This document shows, one piece after another, positions 1 through 13,539 of a stretch of 64,000 bases of DNA. A model generated the notes under the pieces. That model did no database searches. It was not told the DNA's origin and saw nothing but the letters and a program-made list of their open reading frames with translations. How positions within the stretch are numbered: the first letter of the stretch is position 1; each line of letters starts with the position of its first letter. Origin of the DNA: Malacoraja senta (lineage: Eukaryota); contig CM075988.1 in the NCBI GenBank assembly GCA_038087875.1, positions 10,046,001 through 10,110,000 of the forward strand, written 5' to 3'. The translations under genes were made by a program, and so were the position numbers.

Positions 1-570
1 TCAAGCCTTTCTGTTATTGAAGAGGAAGGGATTAGCAGTTTTTCGTGACTTGTTTTAGGATGGTTGTTTTATGTCTTTTGAACAACTCTCCAATAAATAT
101 AATCTACCTAACTCACATTTCTTTAGATATTTTCAAATTAGACATTTTTTGAAGGCTACTCTACCCTCTTTTCCGTTACCACATCAAACCAAAATCTTGG
201 AAAAAAATTTACATTTGAACCCTTATCAGAAAGGTTTAATAACGACTATTTATGCGTTGATTTTGAAATTACAAATAGATACATTGGATAAAATTAAGAA
301 CGACTGGGAAAGATCACTTCAAATTTCTCTACCTATAGAAAAATGGGAGAGGATTCTTCAATTAGTTAATACCTCTTCAATGTGTGCAAGACACGCTTTG
401 ATACAATTCAAGGTGGTTCACAGAGCTCATATGTCAAAAGATAAGTTAGCTCGTTTTTATGGTCATAAATCTTATCTGTCACATGTTATGTTTATCATTA
501 TTGTTTTTTTTTGGTGTTGTTTTGTTTTTACTTTTGAAAAAAAAATAATAAAAAGATTTTAAAAGAAAGA
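1..570 (+). mobile_element. L1/Tx1-clade LINE 3' fragment (ORF2 C-terminal region, then 3' UTR and A-rich tail)
   Basis: ORF 71-562 reads SFEQLSNKYNLPNSHFFRYFQIRHFL...WERILQLVNTSSMCARHALIQFKVVHRAHMS, typical of fish L1 ORF2 downstream of RT. Similarity stops near 461, followed by a T-rich UTR and AATAATAAAAAGATTTTAAAAGAAAGA. Confidence 0.8.
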
Positions 571-1159
571 TTACACTCAGAATTGTTGGTATCCTATTTT
601 AAGAATTCACGGTAACCATTCAAATATTTTATTTGATCTTATATGCCTTCTGAAGTTTTTTTTAACGGATTCTTTAATATACTGTCTAAGGGACACCATT
701 TCCAGTTGTAGAATTGAGCATCAACATCACCTCAGGCTGTTGTGGCCAAGTTCTTGAAGTGAGACTTCAAACGATAACTCTGACTCAGAAGCAACGCAGT
801 TACCTACTGAGCCATAGCAGACTATAAAGTGGACTGAAGGAACTAGGCAGAGAAATAAGAGCTGGCTTCCAATCTAATTGTGCAAAGGAAAGGCATAAAC
901 AGTACAAGGATTTGTTAGTGAAATAAATAGGGAAAAGAGCGAAGGTGTTGTCAATGATTTACAATTCCAGATTTATCACACTGATACATTTTCCCATTAG
1001 CTTCCCTCAAAGGAAAATAAACAGAAATTATAGTCACATTTCTTCTTAACACACTAAATGTAAATTTATCCTGGAACAATTAGAATTCATAGCTCTGAAC
1101 TTCAGTGTCAAAATACTATGAAATCTGTGAACCAAATGAAAACCAGATTTGTAATGATA

Positions 1160-1550
1160 ATTGACACAAAATGTTGGAATAACTTAGCGGGTCAGGCAGC
1201 ATCTCTGGAGAAAAGGAGTAGGTGATGTTCCTGGTTGAGACCCTTCTTCAGACTGAGAGTCAGGGTAGAAGGAAACTAGAGGTATGAAAGGTTTGAGAAC
1301 AAAACAGCACAGAGGGGGAGCAGCAAGAGAGGGTGTTGCAGAACTCCTGTCGGAGAGAGGAGAACTTCTTCAAAGTAGCCATACCTTGAGGAGATATCGC
1401 AGTGGAGCAGACAAAATGTGTCAGGAGGAACTGCAGGTGCTGGTTTACATCAAAGATAAACTCAAAATGCAGGAGTAACTCAGTGGGTCAGGGAGAATCT
1501 CTGGAGAAAAGGAATAGGTGACATTTTGTGTCGAGACCGTTCTTCAATGT
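1160..1550 (-). repeat. Penelope-like 3' tail fragments with degenerate hammerhead motifs (two copies)
   Basis: GACACAAAATGTTGGAATAACT...CCCTTCTTCAGAC at ~1163-1253, and a second copy at ~1420-1546. Confidence 0.65.
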
Positions 1551-3639
1551 TGTCTCCTTGTGCATAGTCACCTAGATAGATTGAACAGTTTCCAACTTTA
1601 GTTCGTATAAAGAGCAGAGGTTTACACAATAGCACTTAATCAAAACTATTGTTTTGCACTATTTGGGAATGTTTGTTGAAAGTGATGTCTGGCTGGTATT
1701 TAACTTTTACCTTGTGCTGTGAATGGTCTTCAATTGTAACGTAGACCATCTAGGGAAGAACTTCACTTGGTCACTTGCCCAACACACAAAAGTAATATAA
1801 AGGCTTATTCTTCTATAATACAGTCTCATTGATTTCAAAGGAATTGAATTTTGGAAGCAGAGCACAAAATGCGCCATGTTTACTAATACTAAACAAGCAT
1901 ACATTTCTATCTGAATGGTTTCCCATTGGTAATGTTTTTATTTCGGTGTTGCTTCTGCTCCAACTAATTTGGTAGCTCCATTGGGGAATATATCCTTGAT
2001 GCCAATAATGAGATTCCAGTATATAATAATAATAATGAATTTTATTTACGGGCGCCTTATACCGAGGTCTCAAGGACACCTTACAGAGATTTATAGGAAA
2101 CATATAATCTGAATTTAAAAAATAAGTTATAAAGACCAATAGATGTACTCCTCTCCTTAATTTTTCCAAGTAGAAAAAGAAAGCTATTGATAAATTATGG
2201 CAGAGACTGTAATGCAATCTACACCCAGTTTCCACTATTGCAATGGCTCAGAGATATTACTTGAGGCTTTCATTTGGAACATGACTCAATTACAGAGAGA
2301 GTACATCAGGGGGAAGGTTATTAGGTCCAAATACCTGCTCCATATGGAACCCCATAAATTTAACTTTCCACTTAGTACTTCATTCCATCTATTTCTATCC
2401 AAGTCTCTCAACATATTGTTCCATTACTTTTTCCCTCCCAAGCATGTTAGCTTTCTCCGAAATGCATCATCGCCATTTGCTTCCATTTATTCTTCTGGTG
2501 AAAATAATTGCTTTTTGCCTAGAATTCACTTATTGTTGCAATGCTGTGCTTTGTCCCTAATGCTCAATCAGAGCACCTGTTCAACTTTGCTAAATTAGTG
2601 AGATTGAGTCTCCAGAAAAAGTATTTATTTCCCCCCTTTTATCATGAACTAAAATCTATTGTGCAAGGTCCAATGCTAGATGGCTTACATTGCTACTCTG
2701 TTGAGAGAGAAGCAGAAGGGGCGGCACAGTGTCACAGCAGTAGTAGAGCTGTTGCATTACAGCGCCTGAGAACCAAGTTCGATCCTGCCTGTGAGTGCAG
2801 TCTGTCCGGAGTTGGCAGGTTGCAGACCATGAGCAGTGAAAGACTATGTAGACAGTCACACAAAAATTAAGGCATCTCCAGCATTAGCAGTGCAGATATC
2901 AATGTCATTCAAAAATTAGATGGCTGATCAGAAGGGTTTATATTCACAGATGATTGGAAAGGGGACACTATTTTCTCATTGTTTTACTGTGAGTAAAATT
3001 ACACATTGTTGGTTGCATGATTCTATACTAAATTTTAATGTTAATTGAGAAATGCACCTAAAGTCTGCAATAATGCCTGGGATATGGCACCACAGTGGCA
3101 GGTCCATGTTGCTCATGGATAGAGACACAAGAAGTGGCAAATTTTGAGCAAAACACAAAGTGCTGGAGTAACTCAATGGGTCGGGCAGCATTTGGGGAGA
3201 GAATTGGCAGGCAACATTTCAGATCAAGACCCCTCTTCAGATTGATGTGTGGAATACTTTTACATGCATTTTAGATTTTAAGAAAGGCATAGATAAGTCC
3301 AATTTCTAAACTCATGTTAACTCATTTGCCTGAATTACTGTCTGAATATATTGGAGACAATATATTCTATTTAATTTCTGATTCTTTGTTTAGTTCACTT
3401 ATTTTACATCTTCAAGTCTTCTATTGTGTCCTCCCTTAACCTTCTTCTTGCTAGAAATGGCAGTTCCAGCCTGTTCAGTGTTTCCCAACGTCCATCAGAA
3501 GAATATCAGAAATATAACTGGGAATTTGGCCCCTCGTGCCTTTTCTGCCATTCAAGGCGATAATGCCTGATCTCCTACTTCAGTTACACACTCCTGCAGT
3601 ATCCCTTGATTTCCTTAATAACTGTCAATCACCATAATG

Positions 3640-4110
3640 AAAATACTGTCAAGGTAATGAACCACCACTGCCTTCTCAGGGCGTGAATTCTGAGGCTTCA
3701 CTACCACTCGAATGAAGACATTTTTTTCATCTCTGTCCTGAATGACTGAACTTTTATTTTCAGACAAGGACTCCTGGTTCTAGAAATCCCAGCTGGAAAA
3801 AACACAGAACTTTATACATTTCAATGAGATCACTTTTCATTCTTCTGAACTCCAGAGAGCATAGATCAAATCTGCTTAATCACTTCTCAAATGATCAATC
3901 TGCAATTCCAGAAAATAATTTTGTGAATCTTAATAGAACTCCCCCCTTTGCAAGTGTATCCTGCACTCAATATGATCAGTGCAATTCTCAGCAGGTCCCT
4001 ACGTAATTGGAGCAAGTTGTCTCCACTCTTGTACTCAAATCCTCTGGTGATAAAGGCTGATGTACCATTTGCCCTACTAATGCTGGCTTTACCTGCATAT
4101 TTATTTTCTA
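3640..4110 (-). mobile_element. Old degraded CR1 LINE 3' fragment
   Basis: Reverse-strand similarity to the better CR1 copies at 26190-26620 and 46803-47563 (GAATTC...TTCACTACC...TTTTTCATCTCTGTCCTG; TTGTACTCAAATCCTCT). Confidence 0.6.
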
Positions 4111-5024
4111 TGATTCATGAAGGAGGATACCCAGGTCTGTCCTCTAATCTCTCTACTGAAAAATATACTTTGCTTTTCAATTTATTCTACAAAATAGATA
4201 GTCTCACACATTTCCACATTATATTCCATTTGCCATGAATCACTTCCCTCTGGAAGGCGACTCTGAACTATCAAAGCTGCCACAGCCAGACATAGAAGCA
4301 GCTTTTTTCCATGATTAGTAGCTCTACGCAATAACCAAAATTCTGTAGCCTCCTTTTGCTCTGGTATTTTATTTAATTCAACATGTTTAATCAATAATGT
4401 TATATTATTAACATTTAATGTTTTATGTGTCATTCCTAACTGTATGTCATGTTGTCACTTGCGAGTGGAGCACCAAGGGGAATTCCTTGTATGTGAATAC
4501 TTGGCCAATAAACCTATTCATTCATCAATTCATGCCCTTGCTCATTCGCTTATCTATATCCAGAACTGCCCAGTATGCTCCTCACAGCCCATAATAGTAC
4601 CCATCTTTGTATCAGCAGCCAATGTGCAAATATTACACTTTATACTTTAATACAAATCCTAGATATAAATAGTGCAGGGTTTTGACACAGCACTATCCTG
4701 ATCATACCCAATCTGGTTACAGTACTCCAACCAACAGAAATGACTTATTTATTTCCATGAGGATCAGAGTAAAGACATCAAAACCTATAGATAGCATAGA
4801 TAAATGTGAATGGCACTTAGTGTTAGGCTTCAGACACAGGTGCTTTGATTTTCTCATTTTTGTTTTTTTCTTTTGCTATAGGTGACTCGGAATAGACTAA
4901 CACTGTTGAAATGCATCTTTATTCCTTTGTAATAAGGAACAATAGTGTCACAGCTATTGGCATTGCTGTGGCTTTCCTGTCAGGTTAGAGAGGTTGCTGA
5001 TGAACCATTACAACTCAATGAGTA

Positions 5025-5320
5025 TTTAGACTTTAGAAATACAGGCCCTTCAGTCCACCGAGTCTGTGCTGACCAGCAATCACCCCATACACTTACACTA
5101 TCCTACACAGTAGGGACAATTTACAATGTTTACCGAACCAATTAACCTTCAAATCTGTACGTCTTTGGTGTGTGGGAGGATACCGGAGCACCTGGAGGAA
5201 ACCCACACGGTCACAGGGAGAACGGACAAATTCTGTAAAGACAGCACCCGTAGTCAGGATCGAGCACGAGTCTCTTGTGCTGTAAGGCAGCAACTCTACC
5301 GTTGCGCCACTGTGCCACCC
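5025..5320 (-). mobile_element. tRNA-derived V-SINE (HE1-like)
   Basis: Reverse complement has a tRNA-like head (GGTGGCACAGTGGCGCAACGGTAGAG...TCGATCCTGAC), the V-domain GTTCTCCCTGTGACCGTGTGGGTTTCCTCC and a TCTAAA tail. Confidence 0.85.
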
Positions 5321-6264
5321 CATGAGCCAAATAGTGGAGGAAGCATCCCTGCTGACTGCATCACACTCGGTGAATTTTGGAAGATGTCTCGGCAGTTCTC
5401 AAGGACTCCTGGCAATGGACAATCAGGTCTTCAACAGAAAAGCCTTAGCGTAACAAAGTAAACAATAAAGTAGCACATTGCCCCTAATTTTACCAGGACT
5501 GAGGCTCAAAGAAAGTTGGTTTCACATCTGAGCTCTAATATAAATCATCCAAATGAACATTGAGTGAATAATATCATCATTAAGCTCACATCTGACACCT
5601 GAAAATATTTCAAGAATACTAGTGTGAATCACATGAAGAAGAAACATCTAATTGGTCATTGGCATAATATGACTAAGAAATTAGTCTACTCCAGGGTAAA
5701 TGGGTTTTAACATTATTTACTCATGAAAAGTGGCTACTAAATGATTCAAAACTCAGACCCCAGCCTCCCAATACCTGGACCTGATTTACTCATCGTTTTA
5801 AACCTGGGTACAGAATCACCAACTGTTTGGCATTACCCCCCTTAGTCATTCATTTTTACATTAATATAATAAAGCTTCTGCTCTCGCCTTCCTAGCCTTT
5901 TAATATACATGGAAGAAATCCATCAGGATAAGAGATTTTATCCTCACTAAGTTTAATTAGTTTATCAATTATCTTCCTATCATTAACATAACCCAGTCAG
6001 CACTGATTGCTGGAGAAAGTTAAAGATGCATTATTTGATATGGCAAACTATTCCACCCATTTTCCCAATGGATGCAGGCAGTCAGATTTATATACTTTAA
6101 CATATAGCATGTTTTCTTTCAATCCGAGGAGTCATAGACAGTTGTTATTTGGAGTATAGGCACCTTGATTATTGACATTACTTATGGAAGACCAGGTTGT
6201 CTTCTAAAGTTATAAGAAACAGATTGAGACTGCTCATTTGAAACCAGCTGCCCCTGATGTTCAC

Positions 6265-6500
6265 TTCCACACTCCAATCATTCAAAGGCCTCCTCCATTG
6301 GCTGAGTGAAGCCATATGCAAACTGGAGGAAGAGCACCTGGTATTCTGTTTGGGTAGCTTACAACCCAATGGTGTGAACATTGGTTTCTCCCATTTTAGG
6401 TAACTATATAGCGCTTCCCATCTCCCTTCTTCCTCAATATAGGCCTCTCCCCATCCACCTCCCTTGTGCCCCTACTGGACTCACACCTATTTCTCCCATT
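6265..6500 (+). mobile_element. Penelope-like element fragment (GIY-YIG C-terminus)
   Basis: Translates GLLHWLSEAICKLEEEHLVFCLGSLQPNGVNIGFSHFR*, matching the copy at 62540-62660. Confidence 0.75.
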
Positions 6501-7759
6501 GCAACCAACACGATTAAGTACTCACACTCCAGTCTTCCTCGCTTCTGCACCCTCCCAAGCATAAAATTCAAAAGCATGAATGTCACCAGATTCATGAACA
6601 GCATCTTCAATGAAGAACTTTCAGGCTTGAGAATGGACCTCTCATAGGCTAAGGATGAATAGCCAATCTTCCAATCTACCTCATTGTGGGCCCTTGCCCT
6701 TTTTACCTGCACTTTCTCTGTAGCTGTAACACTATATTCTGCACTCTGTTTACTTGCCCTTCTGCATCACCTGATGTACTCACGTCTGGTATGATTAGTC
6801 TGGATAGCAGGCAAAACAAAGTTTTTCACTGTATCTCGGTAGCTGTGACAATCATAAACCAATACCAATACGAAACCCCTGCTGATTTTGTTCTTCTTTG
6901 TGCTTGTGCTCAAAGCCAACTTCAGTACATTCATCTCCTCGAGCTATCTGGACCTCGGGGGAATCAGAAGTCTTTGGTGGAAGGTGATCAGACGAGCCTT
7001 CAGGCCCTGGGATTTTTAAAAGCTGCAGCATTCACTTGGTTCATAACTCTGTTCCCAGCCAGGTTTTTAATCCACTGTCTACACCGGAAACAATAGTAGA
7101 GGGGAAAATGTTATCTTTGATATAATGCAGTCTTGCCGCAGGTGGGTAACCGTAGCTGGCCCAAATAGAGGAGTCTTTTACATTTACCTGCAATTCAATG
7201 TAATTGCCAACTCGCTGCCCTTCTGGCAGATCCCCAGTTGCGTGCTTATTGTGGGCTGGCAATTTCCCAGTGTAAAACTAACCCCCAATCATGCCAGAAT
7301 GACATTTGTGAAGCGTCTTTAACTTTTGGGCTTGCACCTTCTCACCCAATCCGGAAATCTTGCGTTTGTGTATCTACTATATTGTAACATGAAATATTAC
7401 ATGAAGTCACAAGAGTCTGCAGATGCTGGAATCTTGAGCAGCGAGCACTGGAGGAACTCACTAGGTCAGACGGTATATGTGGAAGGAAATGGATTGACGG
7501 CATTTCGGATTGGCACCCTTCTCCAGTCTCTTCCATTCATTGGATTACAGAAGTGGAAGTGATAAGATTCAAGAGGCAGACAGATTGGTGTCACAGAGTC
7601 ACACAGCATGGAAATAGGCCCTTTGGTCCAATTTTCCCGCACCGACCAACATGTCCCATCTACACTAGTCCCGCCCACCTGCATTGGTCCCATATCCCTC
7701 TAAACCTGTCCTATCCATATACCTGTCCAAATGTTTCTTAAACCAGGACAAGCATATGG

Positions 7760-8066
7760 TTTAGTTTATTATAGTTTAGTTTAGTTTAGAGATACAGTAT
7801 ACAACTATGTCCTTTGGGCCACCACGTCCATACCGACCAGCGATCACCCATTCAGACTACTTCTCTGTTATCCCACTATCACATCCTAGACACCAGGCCA
7901 ATTAACCTACAAGCCTGCACATCTTTGGAATGTGCGGAGAAGCTTGGGCAATCGGAGGAAACCCACACAGTCACAGAGCGAATGTCCAAACTTACACAGA
8001 CAGCATCCGAGGTTGGGATCAAACCCTGGTCTGTGAAGCAGCAATTCTACCGCTGCACCACTGTGC
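7760..8066 (-). mobile_element. V-SINE (HE1-like)
   Basis: (TTTAG)n tail and V-domain in reverse orientation. Confidence 0.75.
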
Positions 8067-8522
8067 AGGATTCAATACAGTGTGAGCTCTCTGATCATGT
8101 CTCTTCATCCTCATCAATGTCTGTTTAATTAATTGAGAATCACAATGTAGTTAATAATCATTGACAGCATCAAAGGTACCATAAGCAGTAACCCTTCAAT
8201 CCAAAGTGACAGGATGAATATTATTTGGCTTCTGCATTAATGTGTTGCTTCCTGCTTTGCCTTTCGTCTGTATCTGCTAATACTTACAGCATGAAGATAC
8301 CTTTATTTTAGTTCATTATTCGGTTTCAGATAAAATGACGGACAAGAGATGAATTTTCAGCTCAGATAAGCTCAGATAAGATGCTGTACCTTAATCAATA
8401 TCCTCTTCTCATTCTGGTTTTCTGGTGTCTGGAAATTCATGGTGCACATGCTAAATTTAAAACTGCTGCAATATCATGAAGAATTTGTTAATTTTCTTCT
8501 GTCGAGAAAATATACCCTCATA

Positions 8523-8830
8523 CGGCAGCATGGTGGCGCAGTGGTCGAGTTACTGCCTCATAACACCAGAGACCCGGGTTCAATCCTAATCACGGTGCTG
8601 TCTTATGGAGTTTGCACGTTCTCCTCGTGACCTGCGTGGGTTTTCTCTGGGTGCTTCTGTTTCCTCCCACACTACAAAGACATACAGGTTTGCAGGTTAA
8701 TAGGTTTGGGTAAAATAGTAAATTGTTCCTGCTGCATGTAGGATAGTGTTGGTGTGCAGGGATCATTAGTTGGCACTGACTCGGTGGGCCGAAGGGCCTG
8801 TTTCCGCGCTGTATCTCTAAACTAAACTAA
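8523..8830 (+). mobile_element. V-SINE (HE1-like), full length
   Basis: Box A-like TGGCGCAGTGG, box B-like GGTTCAATCC, V-domain and CTCTAAACTAAACTAA tail. Confidence 0.85.
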
Positions 8831-9451
8831 GTCAAAGGCACATCAAGCAAACCCTTTCCCACCATTAAGCCTGAAAGTATCTGTGAGTATTACTATTGTC
8901 GGCACAGAGTGTAGTTCATTATAAATGACTGAACAAATGTTTTGTCTTGTTGTACTATAATGTTTCTTTCCATTTGGTTTCCATTGTTCTACACTTTGCA
9001 AGTGCGGTAATTTATAGTTCTGCTTCCTAGTTTGCACTTGTTCTATTTTATCCACACATTATCCCCTTGCTCACTGATCCACGTTTGCTCTTAATTTATC
9101 AATACTGCGATTTATTTTTCAAATCTCTACCTTTTGCTCCAAAGCTCACTACAGTCTCTCCGTCCTGACCCTATAATCTTCCCAAGCCCCATAAGCCATC
9201 GAGATATTTATCCTTCACTGTCAGCAGACTTGATTTTATCTGCACTAAGACCTTTTTATTTAATGTCAAAATCTATCTATCTCCGTATTTATTTTTTTCC
9301 GTTTATGGGATTCTTTAAAAATTTGAAAAGCTCGAACCTCCAGCTGCTAGAAATCTGAAATCTACACAGAAAATACTTGGAATACTCAGCAGGTTTGATG
9401 GAAACCATCAGACAAAATCAGAGTTTAACTCTTCATCATATCATCAAATGG

Positions 9452-9788
9452 CATGGCACAGTGGTGCAGCTGGTAGCTGCTACCTCACTGCGCCAGAGAC
9501 CCAGGTTTGATCCTGACATTGGTTGCTCTCTGTGTAGAGTTCTCACATTTTCTCTGACACTCATGGCTTTTCTCCGAGTGCTCAAGTTTCCTTCCCATAT
9601 CCCAAATATATCCAGGTTTATAGATTAATTGGCCTATAAATTGTCCTTAGTGTGCAGGGAGAGGACGTATATGTGGGACAACATCAAACTACTATGAACG
9701 GGTGATCTATCGTTAGCCTGGAGTTGGTAGACCAAGGGCATGTTTCCATGCTGCATCTTATAATCAACCAATCAATCAATCAATTAAA
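9452..9788 (+). mobile_element. V-SINE subfamily with (CAAT)n tail
   Basis: tRNA-like head, V-domain and AATCAATCAATC tail. Confidence 0.7.
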
Positions 9789-11865
9789 TCATAGTTTCCT
9801 CTGTTATAAATCTTTGGTGATCTGTCCTTGTGTCATCTTATATGGACTATCTCCTACGAGTTCTTACAGGATAACGGTATGCAAAGATTATTTGTGAAAT
9901 CAAAGACACAATTTTTATTGTTATAATGGTTATACGGAATCTCCACATTTCTGTAGAATGAACTATTTTACATATACAGTAGTTCCTTTCTTACAAATCT
10001 GTTCTTCAAATATAAAATTTTAAGCAACTAATCGATTTACAAATTCAATACCTTCACAACATGCAATAATCTTTCAAAATTTCCCTTTTGTGAAGCTAAA
10101 ATTGGTTTCCATTACTTTTTGGACAAATATGTCCTGACTTTAGTGAAGCCAACAGCTCGAGTCTTTGCCAAGAAGTCAGGTTTTAACAAATGCCATTATT
10201 TTGGTCTTCAAAATAAAAATCAACAAACAACATCCTTTTAGTTCAAATACGAGAAACTCGGCAACAAGAAACCTCAAAGACTGCCCAACTTTGAGATTTC
10301 AACTAGGACAAGAATAATGTCTGACAAATACACAGGAGAGCAATTAGCAATTGTAAACAGAACACACACAATGTTTTGCCTTCACTCGTCCTTCAGATTT
10401 AATTGTATTGTTCTTGCTCTCCAATTGCCCACTCGACAACTATGCTAATTTATAGATAATGTAGGATTCTTGGTTTCCTTCCTGAGACCTCATCACCGGT
10501 ATCTGTGTTAATGTAGCACAGGGGAAGTCAAAAACACAAGAAAATAGTAGGTAAGCTATTACCTTCAAGCCTGATCCTCCACTCATGGCCTCAATTCATC
10601 TTCTGACCCAATTCACTGATCTTCCAAAATTTTGTCAAGCTCCACCTTAAATACCAACCTCCACAACCCTCTGGGGTAGAAAATGACAAAGATTCAGCAC
10701 TCTCTGTGAAATCAAATTTCCGTGCACTTCCATTTTTAATGATCAGCCTCTTATCAATTAACTATTTCCCCTTGTTTGATACTGTACCACGAAGTGGAAA
10801 TATCCACCATGTCATGACCTTTTAGGATCTTATCTTTCTCAACAAGGTCACTGCTCATCCTTTAAAACCAAAGAATACGGACACAATCTATTTAGCATCC
10901 CATGGAGGTGGAATCTCAGGACTTAATGTTGAATCACCATTGGACTGCAAGCTCTGTACACATTAGACTTTTCTCTTTCCAATTACGCCTTCTTGAACCA
11001 ATGTGTCCTGAAAACATTTGGCATAAAGTTGTATTGCCCTTTTCCATTTCTTAGTCTGTAATGTATTATTGATTTGCCTACTAAACTGAACAGTCTGCAG
11101 AATATTTTACCATTGACTGCAAATGATGCCAAGGTGTCTTATATTTACTCATGCAATGTGTAAGATGATTTGAATCTGAGAAAAGATGATTTTCTTTTGA
11201 CAATTTGAACGCATTTTCTCCTTTCAAACGAAGTAAGGTACAGTTCACAAGAAAACAAGTTGGTTGTTTACAATTACGCTGCTGACAAAGCAGTTAAAGG
11301 CAGAAACGTCCACCAAATACTAAGGAAAGACTAAACATTGGTTTACATAATTTGTCCATATAGTCATGGAGTCTTACAACACAGAAATAATCATTTGGAC
11401 AATCAAGCCCACGCTAACTATGATGCACTCATTGACACCAATCTTCATGTAACCCCATTTTATTCTCCGCACATTCCCATAAGGTCCTCCCCACTACATC
11501 CCAAGATTCTACCACTCACCTGCCAATAATTTAAGATAATTTACTGTGACTAATTATCCTACCAACCCACAATAACTGATATATGTGAGGAAACTGCAGT
11601 ATCCAGATGAGATCCATGTAATCATAGGGAGAACATGCAAACTCCACACAGACAGCACCAGAGGTCACGACTGATTTGGGATCACTGGAATTGTGAGACA
11701 ACTGTTCTACTAACTGCACTAAAACCCCAATGCATGAGCTCTGATCGAAAAAATAAGTTAAATTAAAGGGTGGTAGGCACAAGAGGGGTAAGATTATGTT
11801 AAGCAACATTCAAAGTCAAAGAATATGTGTGATACGTACTGAAAATGGTGGCAATGGGTGCAGAT

Positions 11866-12336
11866 GAGGTTTATCAGAATGCTACTGGATTAGAGGGTTT
11901 AAGCTGCAGGGAGAGGTTGGATATCCTTGGATTGTTTTCTCTGGAATGCCAGAGATTGAGGGGAGACTTAAAAGAAGTATATAAAATAATGAGATGCATT
12001 GAAAGGGTTGACCAGTCAGAACTTTTTCCCCAGGGTGGAAATTCCCAACACTAGAGGCATAACTGTAAGGTGAGAGGGAGGAGTCAATTGAGGTGTGTGG
12101 GGCATGTTTTTTTATACAGCGAGTGGTTGGGGCCAGGGATGCACTTCCAGGGATTGTAGGGAAAGCAAATACAATAGTGGTGTTTTAGAAGCTTTTGGAT
12201 AGCCACACAGATGTGTAGGGAACATAGCAATATGGATCATGTGCAGGCAGATGAGATCAGTTCAACTTGGCATCATGTTCAGCACAAGCGTTGTGCGTCT
12301 AAGGGCCCATTCCTGCACTGTGCTGTTTTATGTTCT
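11866..12336 (+). mobile_element. CR1 LINE 3' fragment
   Basis: Translates ERLDILGLFSLECQRLRGDLKEVYKIM (CR1 ORF2 C-terminus), followed by a CR1-type 3' UTR ending TATGTTCTA. Confidence 0.85.
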
Positions 12337-13474
12337 AATTTTAGTTTTAATCACTTTTTAAAGTAATATGCAGGAATGCACCTTTATTAAGAAGCCAGAG
12401 GAGAAAGATTAAGTTGTTTTTTGGAGTCAGAGAGGGAACATCACCAGGCCAAAGATCAAGTGAAGCAATATGCAGAGACATAAGTCTGAAGAAGGGACTT
12501 GACCCGAAAAGTCACCCATTCCTTCTCTCCAGAGATGCTGCCTATCCCACTGAGTTACTCCAGCGTTTTGTGTCTATCTTCAGTTTAATCCAGCATCTCA
12601 GTTCCTTCCAACACATGCAGAGACATTATCATTCTGTCAAAACACCTGCTAATTAGAAAAGACTGTGCAGAAGCCATGTTAAACCTCTTGCTGTGAACAT
12701 TTCCAATATACAGACATTATGTGTGGTGCTGAATCAAGACCATGTTAGAGTTCAAAGACAATCACCAAGGAGTATATCTTCAGCGTTTTGTTTCCTTGGA
12801 GATTGTAAACTGCAAGAACTTCATAAATGTTATTTCTGTCACATGCAATATTATGGGGACACAAAGTGCTAGAATAACTCAGCAGGTGGAGTATGTGTAA
12901 TGTATACAAAACAAATTTGACAATGCAGTTGCATACATGACAAATGAAGCACCATTGAGCCATTCAACCATTGAGGACAGGTAGCATCTTTGAAGAACAT
13001 GGATAGGTGACATTTTGGATTGAGACCCAACTTCTGAATGACTATAGGGCCAATATTCAGTCCGAAGCAGGATCTTGACCCAAAACATCCCCTATCCACG
13101 TTCTCCAGAGAAGCTGCCTGACCTGCTGAGTCACTCCAGCACTTGGCATCCTTCTTTGCATTAACCAGCATCTGCTGTTCTTTGCTTCTACAATATTACA
13201 GAGACATGGCAAGCGAAGGAGCCACTGATAGAGACAGTGCTAGAGACGAGGTAAATGTTGTAGAAGGCAGAGATAGCAGCAGAGAGTGGAATTAAGCGAT
13301 AGTGGGTATAAAGGAATGGGTACTGGAGGAGAGTAAGGAGATAAATAGTTGGGTTTATTATGAATGCAGGTTGGGAATGGCATCGTTTTGATGAATTAAG
13401 AGATTGGATTTGTTTGATGAACTTGAGGTGCTGGCGTTGATAATAAAAGTACTGAAGTACAGATCCCTTTAGAA

Positions 13475-13539
13475 GATGCTATCATGTTCTCAAGGGGATG
13501 CTATCATGTTCTCAAGGGGATGCTATCATGTTCTCAAGG
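13475..13539. repeat. Perfect 22-bp tandem repeat, about 3 copies
   Basis: GATGCTATCATGTTCTCAAGGG repeated three times, the last copy one base short. Confidence 0.95.

Noticed and set aside
8523..8600. tRNA genes at SINE heads
   Set aside because: Box A/B-like motifs run directly into the V-domain and lack a full cloverleaf. These are SINEs.
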